DNA from: Bacteroidales bacterium
GTDB lineage: Bacteria > Bacteroidota > Bacteroidia > Bacteroidales > UBA3663
Reading direction: 5' to 3'
DNA length: 64,000 bases
Assembly: GCA_045627865.1 (NCBI GenBank)
Contig: JAZQOK010000018.1
Span: forward strand, 41,193 to 105,192
In this document: one piece after another, positions 1 to 9,318 of the stretch
How positions within the stretch are numbered: position 1 is the first letter of the stretch
Layout of the letters: every line of letters begins with the position of its first letter
Position numbers and translations under genes: made by a program
Notes under the pieces: generated by a model
Told to the model about the DNA's origin: nothing
The model's input: only the letters and a program-made list of their open reading frames with translations
The model's database searches: none

Positions 1-1614
1 GTTCCAAATCAGAGCACACTTCCTGCCAGCATTGCCAACAACAAGGGACACAACGTCTTCTACATGCTCCCATTGCTGCTGGGTATCATTGGCTTGCTCT
101 ATCAGGCCTTTGCAGGTCGCGAGGGCATCCAGGGCTTCTGGGTAGTCTTCTTCCTCTTCTTCATGACAGGTCTGGCTATCGTGGTTTATTTGAACCAGCC
201 TCCATACCAGCCTCGTGAGCGAGATTATGCTTATGCCGGTTCGTTCTACGCATTTGCCATTTGGATTGGCATGGGTGTAGCAGGCATCGCAGCTGGTTTG
301 CAGAAGGCGGTCAAGAATCCACTCATCGCAGGTGCACTTGCTTCGTTGATCTGTATTTTCGTTCCTATCCAGATGGTAGGTCAGACCTGGGACGATCACG
401 ATCGTTCGAACCGTTACACTGCACGTGATTTCGGTCGCAACTACCTCTCTTCATTGGAGCCAAATGCAATCATCTTTACCAATGGTGATAACGACACCTT
501 CCCTCTCTGGTATGCACAGGAGGTTGAGGGCTATCGTACCGACTGCCGTGTCTGCAACCTCTCTTATCTGCAGACCGACTGGTACATGAACCAGATGAAG
601 AGTCAGGCTTACGAGAGCGATCCGTTGCCAATCGAGTTGCGTCGCGAACAGTATGCACACGACAAGCTCAACTACGCTCACCTCGTTGACAAAGTACAGG
701 AGGCACCACTGCACAACGCAATGAACTTCCTCTACAGCGACGATCCGAAGTACAAGACCTTGCCTAACTATGGTCACATTGACTACTTGCCAAGCAAGAA
801 GTTCACCATCGACGTCAATCCGGAAGAGGTTCTTGCCTCACCATGCATCACCGTGGCAGACTCGAGCGAACTCATCACCAAGATGACCATCGACCTGAGT
901 CACAAGAACTACGTCACCAAGAATGAGATTGCAGTTCTCGCGATGATTGATGGTATCAGCCGTTCGGGTTGGAAGCGTCCTATCTACTTCGCCACCACCG
1001 TAGGTCGCGACATGTATATGGGTCTCGACAAGTACTTCCGTCTGTGCGGTCTTGCTTATCAGATTGTACCTTTGGCACATGGAGGCACTGGCACTCCGGA
1101 TATCGACAAGAGTTACGACAATCTGATGAACAAGTTCATCTGGGGCAACATCCAGGATACGACCATCTACCTCGACGAGAACAACCGTCGTATGTGTCGT
1201 ACCCAGCGTATGATGTTCTGCACTCTGATCGAGCAGCTCCTCAACATCGGTGATACAGAACGTGCACTCAAGGCAACCGAATATTGCGACAAGACCATTC
1301 CTGCTGCCAATGTTCCTTACGAGTACACCTCACTCACCTTGGCTCAGAGCTACATTCTGTGTGGCAAGCCAGAGGAGGGCGAACGCATCATCCGTGCTAT
1401 CCTGACCCGCAGCGATGATTATCTGTCTTGGGCCTTTATGCAGAAGCCCCACCACATTGCAAGCATCGGAAGCGGCATCAAGGAGCAGGTTCTCACCATG
1501 CGCGACGCACTCTCGATCGCAGAGCGTTACAAGCTCTCGTCAGTCACTACCGACTACAAGGATCTGTTGGAGACCTACTTCCAGCAGGCAATCAACAAGA
1601 AAGTGCTTCGTTAA
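1..1614 (+). CDS. DUF2723/GT117-like polytopic membrane protein (putative glycosyltransferase), 5' end truncated by window edge
   Basis: Frame 1 is open from nt 1 with no stop before the ORF-track Met at 64, so the gene starts upstream. Hydrophobic helices (FWVVFFLFFMTGLAIVVYL, FAIWIGMGVAGIAAGL) are followed by a soluble C-terminal half. TAA at 1612-1614. Family name is from recollection. Confidence 0.65.
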   Translation, partial: VPNQSTLPASIANNKGHNVFYMLPLLLGIIGLLYQAFAGREGIQGFWVVFFLFFMTGLAIVVYLNQPPYQPRERDYAYAGSFYAFAIWIGMGVAGIAAGLQKAVKNPLIAGALASLICIFVPIQMVGQTWDDHDRSNRYTARDFGRNYLSSLEPNAIIFTNGDNDTFPLWYAQEVEGYRTDCRVCNLSYLQTDWYMNQMKSQAYESDPLPIELRREQYAHDKLNYAHLVDKVQEAPLHNAMNFLYSDDPKYKTLPNYGHIDYLPSKKFTIDVNPEEVLASPCITVADSSELITKMTIDLSHKNYVTKNEIAVLAMIDGISRSGWKRPIYFATTVGRDMYMGLDKYFRLCGLAYQIVPLAHGGTGTPDIDKSYDNLMNKFIWGNIQDTTIYLDENNRRMCRTQRMMFCTLIEQLLNIGDTERALKATEYCDKTIPAANVPYEYTSLTLAQSYILCGKPEEGERIIRAILTRSDDYLSWAFMQKPHHIASIGSGIKEQVLTMRDALSIAERYKLSSVTTDYKDLLETYFQQAINKKVLR

Positions 1615-1617
1615 AGC

Positions 1618-2229
1618 GTGTTCATCGAACAACCGCCCACACTTATCCGTCAGTTGATGGCACCTGACGGCTTGTGGAGACTTCCCTCCCAGCCCAAATG
1701 TGTCTATCTAACTTTCGACGACGGTCCGACACCCGAGGTGACGCCTTGGGTGCTGGATTTGTTAGATAAGTACGGCATCAAGGCCACCTTTTTCTGCGTC
1801 GGAGATAATGTGGCGCGATATCGTGGTTTGTTCGAACAGGTTCGAGCCCGAGGACATCGCGTGGGCAACCACACCATGAACCATATCTCGGCACTTACCT
1901 ATGGTTCGAAAGCCTACCTTGCCAATGTCGAGAAGGCGAACATGCTCATCCATAGTGAGTTGTTCCGTCCACCACATGGTTGGCTCCGATGGGGTCATGC
2001 CAATCTTTTACAGAAGAAGTACCGCATTATCTATTGGGATCTCGTCACACGCGACTACTCCAACCGCCTCGATGCAGGTCAAGTCGTTGAAAATGTCCGT
2101 CATTACACACGTAATGGTTCTATTATCACATTCCACGACCAACCGAAATCTTGGCACAACCTACAGCAAGCCTTGCCGCAAGCATTGGATTGGCTTATCG
2201 AACAAGGCTACGAATTCAGATTACTGTAG
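1618..2229 (+). CDS. polysaccharide deacetylase (NodB homology domain)
   Basis: NodB motifs YLTFDDGP, HRVGNHTMNH and RPPHG. GTG at 1618 lies 4 nt after the upstream stop; an alternative ATG is at 1657. Confidence 0.8.
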   Translation: MFIEQPPTLIRQLMAPDGLWRLPSQPKCVYLTFDDGPTPEVTPWVLDLLDKYGIKATFFCVGDNVARYRGLFEQVRARGHRVGNHTMNHISALTYGSKAYLANVEKANMLIHSELFRPPHGWLRWGHANLLQKKYRIIYWDLVTRDYSNRLDAGQVVENVRHYTRNGSIITFHDQPKSWHNLQQALPQALDWLIEQGYEFRLL

Positions 2230-2262
2230 TCAACAACAAAACAACAAAACAACATACAAAAT

Positions 2263-3153
2263 ATGGAATCAAACAAGTATCTTGACACTCTGGCCAAATA
2301 TGAGACAGAGTTAGATGACGAGGCCATCAAGGCTGAAGTCGCTCAAATCATTGCCGACGGTTACGACGCCAACAATAATCTCGAAACCCTCAAGTTCAGC
2401 CTTGGCTGTATCGATTTGACCAGCCTTAACCCAACCGACAACGAGGAACGCATCCGTGATTTCACAGAGCGCGTCAACCTCTTCGAAGAGGCCTATCCAG
2501 AACTCGATAACGTAGCCTCAATCTGCGTATATCCAAACTTTGCAGAGACTGTTTCTACCTTCCTCGACGTGAGCGAGGTGGATACTACCGTCGTTGCTGC
2601 CGGCTTCCCATCCAGCCAGACCTTCAACGAGATCAAGGTTGCAGAATGTGCCTTGGCAGTTGCCTCTGGTGCCAACGAGGTTGATATCGTAATCAATGTA
2701 GGCCAGATGCTGGCCGGCCAGTACGAAGAGATGTGCGACACCATCCAGGAGTGCAAGGCAGCTTGCAAGGATGCCATCTTTAAGGTCATCCTCGAGACGG
2801 GCGCACTCAAGAAGGCATCCCTCATTGCCAAGGCGTCAATCCTCGCCATGTATGCTGGTGCAGATTTCATCAAGACTTCGACTGGCAAGATTGATGTAGC
2901 CGCTACTCCAGAAGCAGCCCTCGTCATGTGCAAGATGATTAAGGCATATTATGACGAGACGGGCACTCGCATCGGTTTCAAGGTGGCTGGTGGTGTCAAG
3001 ACCCCAGAGGATGCAGTGAAGTACTACACAATCGTCAAGACTATCCTCGGTGACGAGTGGTTGACCAAGGATCTCTACCGTATTGGTGCCTCTTCGGCTG
3101 CCAACAATCTGCTGAGTGCTATTCAGGGTGAGACGGTAAAACACTTCTTGTAA
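2263..3153 (+). CDS. deoC: deoxyribose-phosphate aldolase
   Basis: Class I aldolase strings EVDIVINVG and KVILETGAL, with a Schiff-base lysine context ADFIKTSTGK. Confidence 0.9.
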   Translation: MESNKYLDTLAKYETELDDEAIKAEVAQIIADGYDANNNLETLKFSLGCIDLTSLNPTDNEERIRDFTERVNLFEEAYPELDNVASICVYPNFAETVSTFLDVSEVDTTVVAAGFPSSQTFNEIKVAECALAVASGANEVDIVINVGQMLAGQYEEMCDTIQECKAACKDAIFKVILETGALKKASLIAKASILAMYAGADFIKTSTGKIDVAATPEAALVMCKMIKAYYDETGTRIGFKVAGGVKTPEDAVKYYTIVKTILGDEWLTKDLYRIGASSAANNLLSAIQGETVKHFL

Positions 3154-3166
3154 GTCTTCACCCCGG

Positions 3167-3428
3167 CAAAATTTGAGTTTTGCTGCTTCCGAAATTTTCG
3201 GAACAAGCAAAATTTGCGTTGCGCTGCTTCCGAAGTTTTCGGAACGAACAAAATTTGCGTTGCGCTGCTTCCGAAGTTTTCGGAACGAACAAAATTCGCG
3301 TTGCGCTGCTTCCGAAATTTTAGGAACGAACAAAATTCGCGTTGCGCTGCTTCCGAAGTTTTCGGAACGAACAAAATTTGAGTTGCGCTGCTTCCGAAGT
3401 TTTCGGAACGAGCAAAACTCAAATTTCG
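3167..3428. repeat. tandem array of six 41-bp units plus a partial seventh, each carrying a TTCCGAA-GTT-TTCGGAA hairpin; flanked by a 14-bp perfect inverted repeat
   Basis: Units start at 3167, 3208, 3249, 3290, 3331 and 3372 with consensus caaaatttgcgttgcgctgcttccgaagttttcggaacgaa. aaatttgagttttg (3169-3182) is the reverse complement of caaaactcaaattt (3413-3426). The units are contiguous with no spacers. Confidence 0.95.
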
Positions 3429-3485
3429 TACAAGCTTTAAGCAGATGAGACATTGCAACAAGCAAGTCAATCCAATAGAAAAATC

Positions 3486-3518
3486 AAATGCTCTACCTGC
3501 CAGACAAGTAGAGCATTT
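3486..3518. terminator. bidirectional intrinsic terminator between convergent deoC and the TolC-family gene
   Basis: Perfect 11-bp stem aaatgctctac / gtagagcattt with an 11-nt loop. An A-run lies before it and a T-run after. The right arm ends 3 nt from the TolC-family stop codon. Confidence 0.75.
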
Positions 3519-3521
3519 ATT

Positions 3522-4847
3522 TTAGTTTACGTTATAGAACTCGAGAATTTTGAGTCGCATCAGGAACTCATACTTGGATTGTAATTCATCCTGTAAGCTC
3601 TTCTGATGTTTTGTCGAGGCCTGTTGGAGATCATAACTAGTTCCCTTGCCTGACTCATACCGGTCAGCCTCATACTGATAAGCCAATTTCGTTGAGGCAG
3701 CAGCCTTTTGCGCTGAAGCATAATTATCACGAGCCTTGAGTGCATTCCAGTAAGCCTGTTGTATATCCTTGTGAAGCGACTGCTGTGCTTCAGTCAAGGC
3801 GACATTCTGGTTCTCGATACTCAAACGTGCACGACGCATGGCATTACGGGTTGAGAAGCGATCGAAAATTGGAATCGAGACATTGAGCCCAATCGATTTA
3901 TAGCCATGATCATTCAACTGATGACCGAAATCTTTCTGAGGAAATGGTGCATTGTACAGGTACTGATAACTGGTACTGTAGCCTGCACGCAGAGATACCG
4001 TCGGAAGATAGCCACTTCGAGAAGCTTTCAGTTCATATTTGCTACTTTCCAAACTATATTTGGCTGCCAGGATAGAGGGATAGCGTTCCAATGCCTGTGC
4101 AAAGACCGTTTCGACCGAAGAGACCTCATTGGTAACATTGGAGGTATTGATATCCTCGATAAAGAATGCCTCAACGTCGCATTCCAAATTCAAAGCCTGC
4201 ATCAGATCCAAACGTGCCATCACCTCGTTGCCAATAGCCTCTGTCAGGGAATGCTGACTAACAGCCAGCTGCGCTTCAGCAGCAGCCACTTCTGACTCAG
4301 GTTTCTTGCCAGCCTCAAAGAGTGCACGAGCCTTGGTCACTGCAGTCGAATCAAGCCCGACCTGCTGACGCTGGACATCTGTGAGGCCCTTGTAGTAGAG
4401 AGCATTGAGATAATAGCCTGCCACTTGAATACCAATATCTTTACGAGCCTTCTCGAGGTTGGCAGTAGCAGCCTTGAGAGCGAACTCATTCGATTTGATC
4501 TGATTGCTTACTCGAAAACCCGTAAAGAGAGGCATCTCTGCGTTCAATCCGAAATTGGTCGAAGTAGAATTGCTGCTGGTATATGAATTACTATCCTCTG
4601 AAGTGGTTCGGCCAAAGGACCAGCCCTGTCCGATGGAGCCACTCAAAGAGGGCAGGTAATTGCTTTTGGCACTACTTAGTTCAATCTCGCTGTTCTGTCG
4701 CTGTAGCTCCTTCTGTTGGATAGAGTTGCTATGCTCGAGAGCGAAATCGATACAATCCTGCAAAGACATTGCCTGTGCATTCGCAGTCAACGTCAACGTC
4801 AACGTCATCGACAACGTTAACGCCATTGTCTTATTCAATCTTTTCAT
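3522..4847 (-). CDS. TolC-family outer-membrane efflux protein
   Basis: Signal peptide (MKRLNKTMALTLSMTLTLTLTANAQA). Two-repeat TolC-like pattern (NYLPSLSGS ... SGYLPTVSLRAGYS). Last gene of the efflux operon. Confidence 0.85.
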   Translation of the reverse strand: MKRLNKTMALTLSMTLTLTLTANAQAMSLQDCIDFALEHSNSIQQKELQRQNSEIELSSAKSNYLPSLSGSIGQGWSFGRTTSEDSNSYTSSNSTSTNFGLNAEMPLFTGFRVSNQIKSNEFALKAATANLEKARKDIGIQVAGYYLNALYYKGLTDVQRQQVGLDSTAVTKARALFEAGKKPESEVAAAEAQLAVSQHSLTEAIGNEVMARLDLMQALNLECDVEAFFIEDINTSNVTNEVSSVETVFAQALERYPSILAAKYSLESSKYELKASRSGYLPTVSLRAGYSTSYQYLYNAPFPQKDFGHQLNDHGYKSIGLNVSIPIFDRFSTRNAMRRARLSIENQNVALTEAQQSLHKDIQQAYWNALKARDNYASAQKAAASTKLAYQYEADRYESGKGTSYDLQQASTKHQKSLQDELQSKYEFLMRLKILEFYNVN

Positions 4848-5934
4848 TACCGCGCAGTTTCATTGAATCAGAAATACCCTCAACAACCTCGATGTAGATG
4901 CCATCGCTCAAACCGACCTTAACTGGTACACGCTCGAATGTCTGAGGAATCACACCTTCGGCAGAGGTCAATTGGTAAACAAAGGTAGAATCGCCCGAGA
5001 ATTGGATGGCAGTCTCTTTGACCGTCATAACCTGATTGCGACGAGCCAGTTCGATCGTAGCATTGGCACTATATCCGGCACGCAGAACCAGTGTATCTGG
5101 AATCTGGGCAGCCGCCTTGATCTCGAACAGGATCGCGCCATTACTCTCTGTTCCCTTAGGCGAAATATACTCCATGACTGCTGGCAGGGAAACTCCTTGT
5201 ATAGCTCCAATGGTCAGTTTAAGATCCATACCTGTCTTCATACGTCCCACTTCTGTCTCATCGATGTTTCCACGAAAGATAATTTTGGACATGTCGGCAA
5301 CAGTGGCTACAGTAGTACCTTCGTTCATGGAATTGGCATTGATTACTGAACTACCTTTCTTGACCGGCACGTCGAGCACCGTGCCTGCAATTGTACTACG
5401 CACGATGGTCGTGTTGATCTGGCCGGAGCGTTTGCTGATACCCTCGGTAACTATATCCAAAGCATCTTGAGCCGACTGCGCAGATTCACGCGTCTTCTCG
5501 AGCGAATTAAGGCTCTGCTCATACTCTTCGCGCGACACAACACCCTTCTGGTACAGGTTCTCAACACGGGCATGCTCACGTTCTGCCTCTTCGAGCGAAA
5601 GCTGCGACGTACGTACCTGACTCTGTGCCTGGTTGAGTGAAGACATGTCGGGAATGACTGCCACTTTAGCAATCTGGTCACCCTTCTTGACTATGTCACC
5701 AGCCTCGACATAGAGTTCGGTGATGATACCCTGAATCTGAGGCTTGATGTTGACTTCGTCGCGCGGCTCGACTTTGCCACTTGCCACGGTGGTTTTAACA
5801 ATATCACGAACCTCTGGTGTAATGAGTTCGTAAACGACCTCCTTGGGCTGCGACTGCTGCCAGAGGAAATAGAAAGTGTAGATGACGAATACACCTACGA
5901 GGCACCAAATGCCAATCTTGAAATACTTTTTCAT
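4831..5934 (-). CDS. efflux periplasmic adaptor subunit (HlyD/MacA family)
   Basis: N-terminal TM anchor, a lipoyl-like hairpin (GKVEPRDEVNIKPQIQGII ... GDQIAKV), a coiled-coil segment and a beta-barrel C-terminal part. Overlaps the TolC-family gene start by 17 nt. Confidence 0.85.
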   Translation of the reverse strand: MKKYFKIGIWCLVGVFVIYTFYFLWQQSQPKEVVYELITPEVRDIVKTTVASGKVEPRDEVNIKPQIQGIITELYVEAGDIVKKGDQIAKVAVIPDMSSLNQAQSQVRTSQLSLEEAEREHARVENLYQKGVVSREEYEQSLNSLEKTRESAQSAQDALDIVTEGISKRSGQINTTIVRSTIAGTVLDVPVKKGSSVINANSMNEGTTVATVADMSKIIFRGNIDETEVGRMKTGMDLKLTIGAIQGVSLPAVMEYISPKGTESNGAILFEIKAAAQIPDTLVLRAGYSANATIELARRNQVMTVKETAIQFSGDSTFVYQLTSAEGVIPQTFERVPVKVGLSDGIYIEVVEGISDSMKLRGNEKIE

Positions 5935-6009
5935 ATAAGTAATGTTAGTTTGTTATAATTTTCAAATTAATCACTCCTTCCATAGCGAGGGAAGGTTAGG
6001 GTGAGGCTA

Positions 6010-7269
6010 TCACTCCTCCCTCAGTGCCTCAATCGCACGGATCTTCATGGCGCGCTTGGCAGGCATCCAACCGGCCAAAAGTCCACCGACAATAATGACC
6101 AGCATGCCTGCAACAGCCACCGAGAAGGGAACTTCGGGGTTCTGCATCTGGAATCCATCGTTGCCAGATGAGGGATTTGCCTCCAGAATCTTGCCGACTA
6201 ATGTCAATATCCAGACACCCAGCATAAGACCAGTCACACCTGCTGCCGAGGTCAACACAAGACTCTCAGCCAAAATCTGCGACAGAATCGTCAGCGGCTT
6301 TGCTCCCAAAGCTCGACGAATGCCAATCTCCTGCGTTCTCTCCTTGACTGTAACAAGCATGATGTTGGAAATGCCTATCAAACCGGCGAACAAAGAGCCG
6401 CAACCGACTATCCAGAGCAGGATATTGATGCCAAGGAAGAGTCCATTGAACATATTCATGATGTCGGAGAGATTGAAACCCCAAAAGGCTTTCTTGTCGT
6501 CGGGATGAACATAGTGATGCTCCTTGACGCTATCCTTGATACGGTCCTCCCATTCTGAAATCGGATATTTATCCTGCAAAGTGACTCCACAAATATGAAT
6601 GGAGTTAAACATATTGTAGGTAAGCTGAGTGGTGGTGATGGGCAACAGAAGAGACTTGTTGACATCGCCTCCGATATTGATGTAATTGGACAATTTCTTG
6701 ACAACTCCGATAATGGTATAGTAAACACTACCCACCTTGACCAGTTTTCCACAGGGATCTCCTCCTCCGGGGAAGAGTGTTTCGTAAACCTGTACTCCCA
6801 TGACGCATACCTTGCGATGCTCCATTATGTCGATGTCGTTGATGTAACGACCATAAAGCACCTGCTGCGGAATGATGTTATAGTAACTGGGTTCGCTTCC
6901 CATCAGTCGGGCAGAATATTTGAAGTCATTGAAGACTACATCCTGCGAACCGACCACATTGATAGGGGTCAGATAACGAAGCCGCTTGTCGAGATAGGTC
7001 TTGAGAATCTCCATATCCTCGTTATCGAGCGTGATATACCGGTTCTTGCCAAACCCTTTGTAAGCCATCGAGGTACTTTCTCCGCCAAAGAACATTGTAT
7101 TGGAGGGAATTGCATTCAGATTACCAATAATGCCATTGAAGATGCCATGTCCAAAACCAACGAGCAGGATCAGCATCAACAAGCCCCAGAAGACGCCAAA
7201 GGCGGTCATCAACGAACGCCACTTGTTGCGTCGGATGGTTTGCCATATTTCTTGCCAAAGTTCTTCCAT
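6010..7269 (-). CDS. ABC transporter permease, MacB/FtsX-like
   Basis: MacB topology: N-terminal TM helix, a large periplasmic domain, then the FtsX-type C-terminal TM bundle (ERTQEIGIRRALGAK). Confidence 0.85.
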   Translation of the reverse strand: MEELWQEIWQTIRRNKWRSLMTAFGVFWGLLMLILLVGFGHGIFNGIIGNLNAIPSNTMFFGGESTSMAYKGFGKNRYITLDNEDMEILKTYLDKRLRYLTPINVVGSQDVVFNDFKYSARLMGSEPSYYNIIPQQVLYGRYINDIDIMEHRKVCVMGVQVYETLFPGGGDPCGKLVKVGSVYYTIIGVVKKLSNYINIGGDVNKSLLLPITTTQLTYNMFNSIHICGVTLQDKYPISEWEDRIKDSVKEHHYVHPDDKKAFWGFNLSDIMNMFNGLFLGINILLWIVGCGSLFAGLIGISNIMLVTVKERTQEIGIRRALGAKPLTILSQILAESLVLTSAAGVTGLMLGVWILTLVGKILEANPSSGNDGFQMQNPEVPFSVAVAGMLVIIVGGLLAGWMPAKRAMKIRAIEALREE

Positions 7270-7275
7270 AATGAA

Positions 7276-8532
7276 TTATTGTTGTGCTAATGCTTCTACA
7301 GGTTTGATACTCACAGCTCGCTTGGCGGGAACATAGCCGGCAATTACTCCGGCAATTACCATGACAAGGGTGGCCATCAGGACAATGTCTATATCGACCG
7401 TAGGATCCTTGAATATGGTAAAGTCTTCTTCGCCATTGTTGGACGCTATATTTCCCAAAATAAAGTTTATGAGTTGCGTCAAGCCAATACCAAAGAACAT
7501 GCCTATGTAACCGAACACAATCGTGATGGCAACAGATTCGAGCAAAACAAGCGAAACGATCTGACGCGGACGTGCGCCTATGGCCTTACGGATTCCAAAC
7601 TCATGGGTTCGTTCGCGTACGGTAATCAACATAATGTTCGAGATACCGGTCACACCTGCTATCAGGGTAGCAATGCCGATGATCCAAATAAACATCTGAA
7701 GACCTGAAAATATACTCTGCGTCTGGATATAGTCCTCATAACTGTTCCAAATCCACATCGCATTACGGTCGCTGGAATCGAACTGCTTGTGCCGGCCCAT
7801 CACGGCACGAATGTCTTTGTTAAACTGCTCGTTGGCCTCTTTCGTCTCAAGATTCCTCACAAGAAGTTGAATCTCCCCATAGTCACCACTTGGCTTGAAG
7901 ATTCCACTCACGGTGGACAACGGCGCATAAACATGTTGATTATAAGACTTGTAGGGCGCTTTATAGACACCAACTATCTGAAAAGGAATGTTCTGGATAT
8001 TGATCCAAGTTCCGAGATGTGGTTCAGTGTCGCCGAACAGGATCTCAAGTGTGTTTTCGGACAGGAGACAGACCTTGCGTCGCTCACGTATATCAATTTC
8101 GTTGATGCCACGACCAGCCAGAACCTTGTCGCCATCGCATGAAAAATAATTAGGATAGATGCCATTGATTGTGACTGAGGTATATTCATCACCATAACTG
8201 GCCAAAACACTATTCTCTATGACTGGAATGGCCTCGTAAATATGCTTGCGCATCGTACTGCACAAGAATTCGAGATCATCGTAATAGAGTCGGATCTGAC
8301 GTCCTTTGGGCAAACCATCGTAGCTCATCGAAGTCCAACCTGGATAAAGTTCGACCTTGTTGACAGCTTGTGATGCAAATCGCTCCATCATGCCATGCAA
8401 CAACCCATTGCCGGAACCCAGCAGCACAATGAGCATGAAGATGCCCCACGCAATACTGAATCCGGTGAGAGCTATGCGCAGTTTATTCCGGCTCATCGAG
8501 ACATAGATCTCTTCGATAACGTCGGTAATCAT
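7276..8532 (-). CDS. ABC transporter permease, MacB/FtsX-like (paralogue of 6010-7269)
   Basis: Same architecture as the neighbouring permease (ERTHEFGIRKAIGAR). Overlaps the ATPase stop by 4 nt. Confidence 0.85.
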   Translation of the reverse strand: MITDVIEEIYVSMSRNKLRIALTGFSIAWGIFMLIVLLGSGNGLLHGMMERFASQAVNKVELYPGWTSMSYDGLPKGRQIRLYYDDLEFLCSTMRKHIYEAIPVIENSVLASYGDEYTSVTINGIYPNYFSCDGDKVLAGRGINEIDIRERRKVCLLSENTLEILFGDTEPHLGTWINIQNIPFQIVGVYKAPYKSYNQHVYAPLSTVSGIFKPSGDYGEIQLLVRNLETKEANEQFNKDIRAVMGRHKQFDSSDRNAMWIWNSYEDYIQTQSIFSGLQMFIWIIGIATLIAGVTGISNIMLITVRERTHEFGIRKAIGARPRQIVSLVLLESVAITIVFGYIGMFFGIGLTQLINFILGNIASNNGEEDFTIFKDPTVDIDIVLMATLVMVIAGVIAGYVPAKRAVSIKPVEALAQQ

Positions 8533-9203
8533 ATAGTAATGTCTTTATCAATGAGTCCGTCCTTGATGTGAATACGACGGTCGGTGGCGTCAGCAATTTC
8601 CTGCTCGTGGGTGACGATAATAACGGTCTTACCCTGTTCGCGGTTAACACGTTTCAGCAGATCCATAACCTCGAGGGTGGTTTTGCTGTCCAATGCACCG
8701 GTTGGCACGTCGGCCAGGATGATCTTCGGATTGGCGATCAAAGCTCTGGCAATGGCGACACGCTGCTTCTGACCGCCAGACATCTCGCTCGGATAATGAT
8801 CAGCCCAATCCTTGAGTCCCATCATATCGAGGTACTCAAGTGCCATCTCATTGCGTTTGCGACGACCGACGCCCTGGTAATAGAGCGGCAGAGCAACATT
8901 CTCCATAGCGTTCTTGAAACTGATCAGGTTGAACGATTGGAAAACGAATCCAATCAACTGATTTCGGAGTTCGGCTGCACGAGTCTCACTGAGGTTACGG
9001 ATGGGTGTACCAGCCAACATATAGCTACCCTCGTCGTAATCGTCGAGAATACCTAATATATTTAATAATGTGGATTTGCCAGAACCGGATGCTCCCATGA
9101 TGCTGACAAGTTCGCCCTCATGAATATGAAGGTCGATGCCTTTCAGCACATGCAAAGGAGTAGCAGACTGGTAGGTTTTGTGAATGTTTTGAAGTTGAAT
9201 CAT
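8529..9203 (-). CDS. ABC transporter ATP-binding protein (MacB/LolD type) with atypical Walker B (Asp-Val instead of Asp-Glu)
   Basis: Walker A GASGSGKST, Q-loop FQSFNL, signature MSGGQKQR and H-loop VTHE are present. Walker B reads IILADV, with Val166 encoded by GTG (plus-strand cac at 8706-8708). Confidence 0.9.
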   Translation of the reverse strand: MIQLQNIHKTYQSATPLHVLKGIDLHIHEGELVSIMGASGSGKSTLLNILGILDDYDEGSYMLAGTPIRNLSETRAAELRNQLIGFVFQSFNLISFKNAMENVALPLYYQGVGRRKRNEMALEYLDMMGLKDWADHYPSEMSGGQKQRVAIARALIANPKIILADVPTGALDSKTTLEVMDLLKRVNREQGKTVIIVTHEQEIADATDRRIHIKDGLIDKDITI

Positions 9204-9220
9204 AAGTATGTTTTTGTACC

Positions 9221-9253
9221 CAAATTTATCTATATAACGGAAGTTTAGCCAAA
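9221..9253 (-). promoter_or_regulatory. candidate Bacteroidota sigma-A promoter for the efflux operon
   Basis: On the minus strand, TAAATTTG (9228-9221) fits the -7 consensus TAnnTTTG and TTTG (9253-9250) fits the -33 element. The gap is 21 nt, and the -7 box lies 18 nt upstream of the ATG. Confidence 0.5.
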
Positions 9254-9318
9254 ATGTGACAACAACCGAATGTTTTTTTTATTTTTTTTCACGATTGGGT
9301 CGAACCTTTCACAGATAT

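Noticed and set aside
3167-3428. The 41-bp array as a possible CRISPR locus
   Set aside because: The units are contiguous with no unique spacers between them, there are no cas genes in the window, and the unit is longer than the period would allow for a repeat plus spacer.
2836-3470. ORF-track products 2836-3465(-), 3123-3470(-) and 3173-3448(+)
   Set aside because: They are translations of the 41-bp repeat in several frames (periodic FCSFRKLRKQRN-type peptides) and overlap the deoC 3' end. They are not genes.
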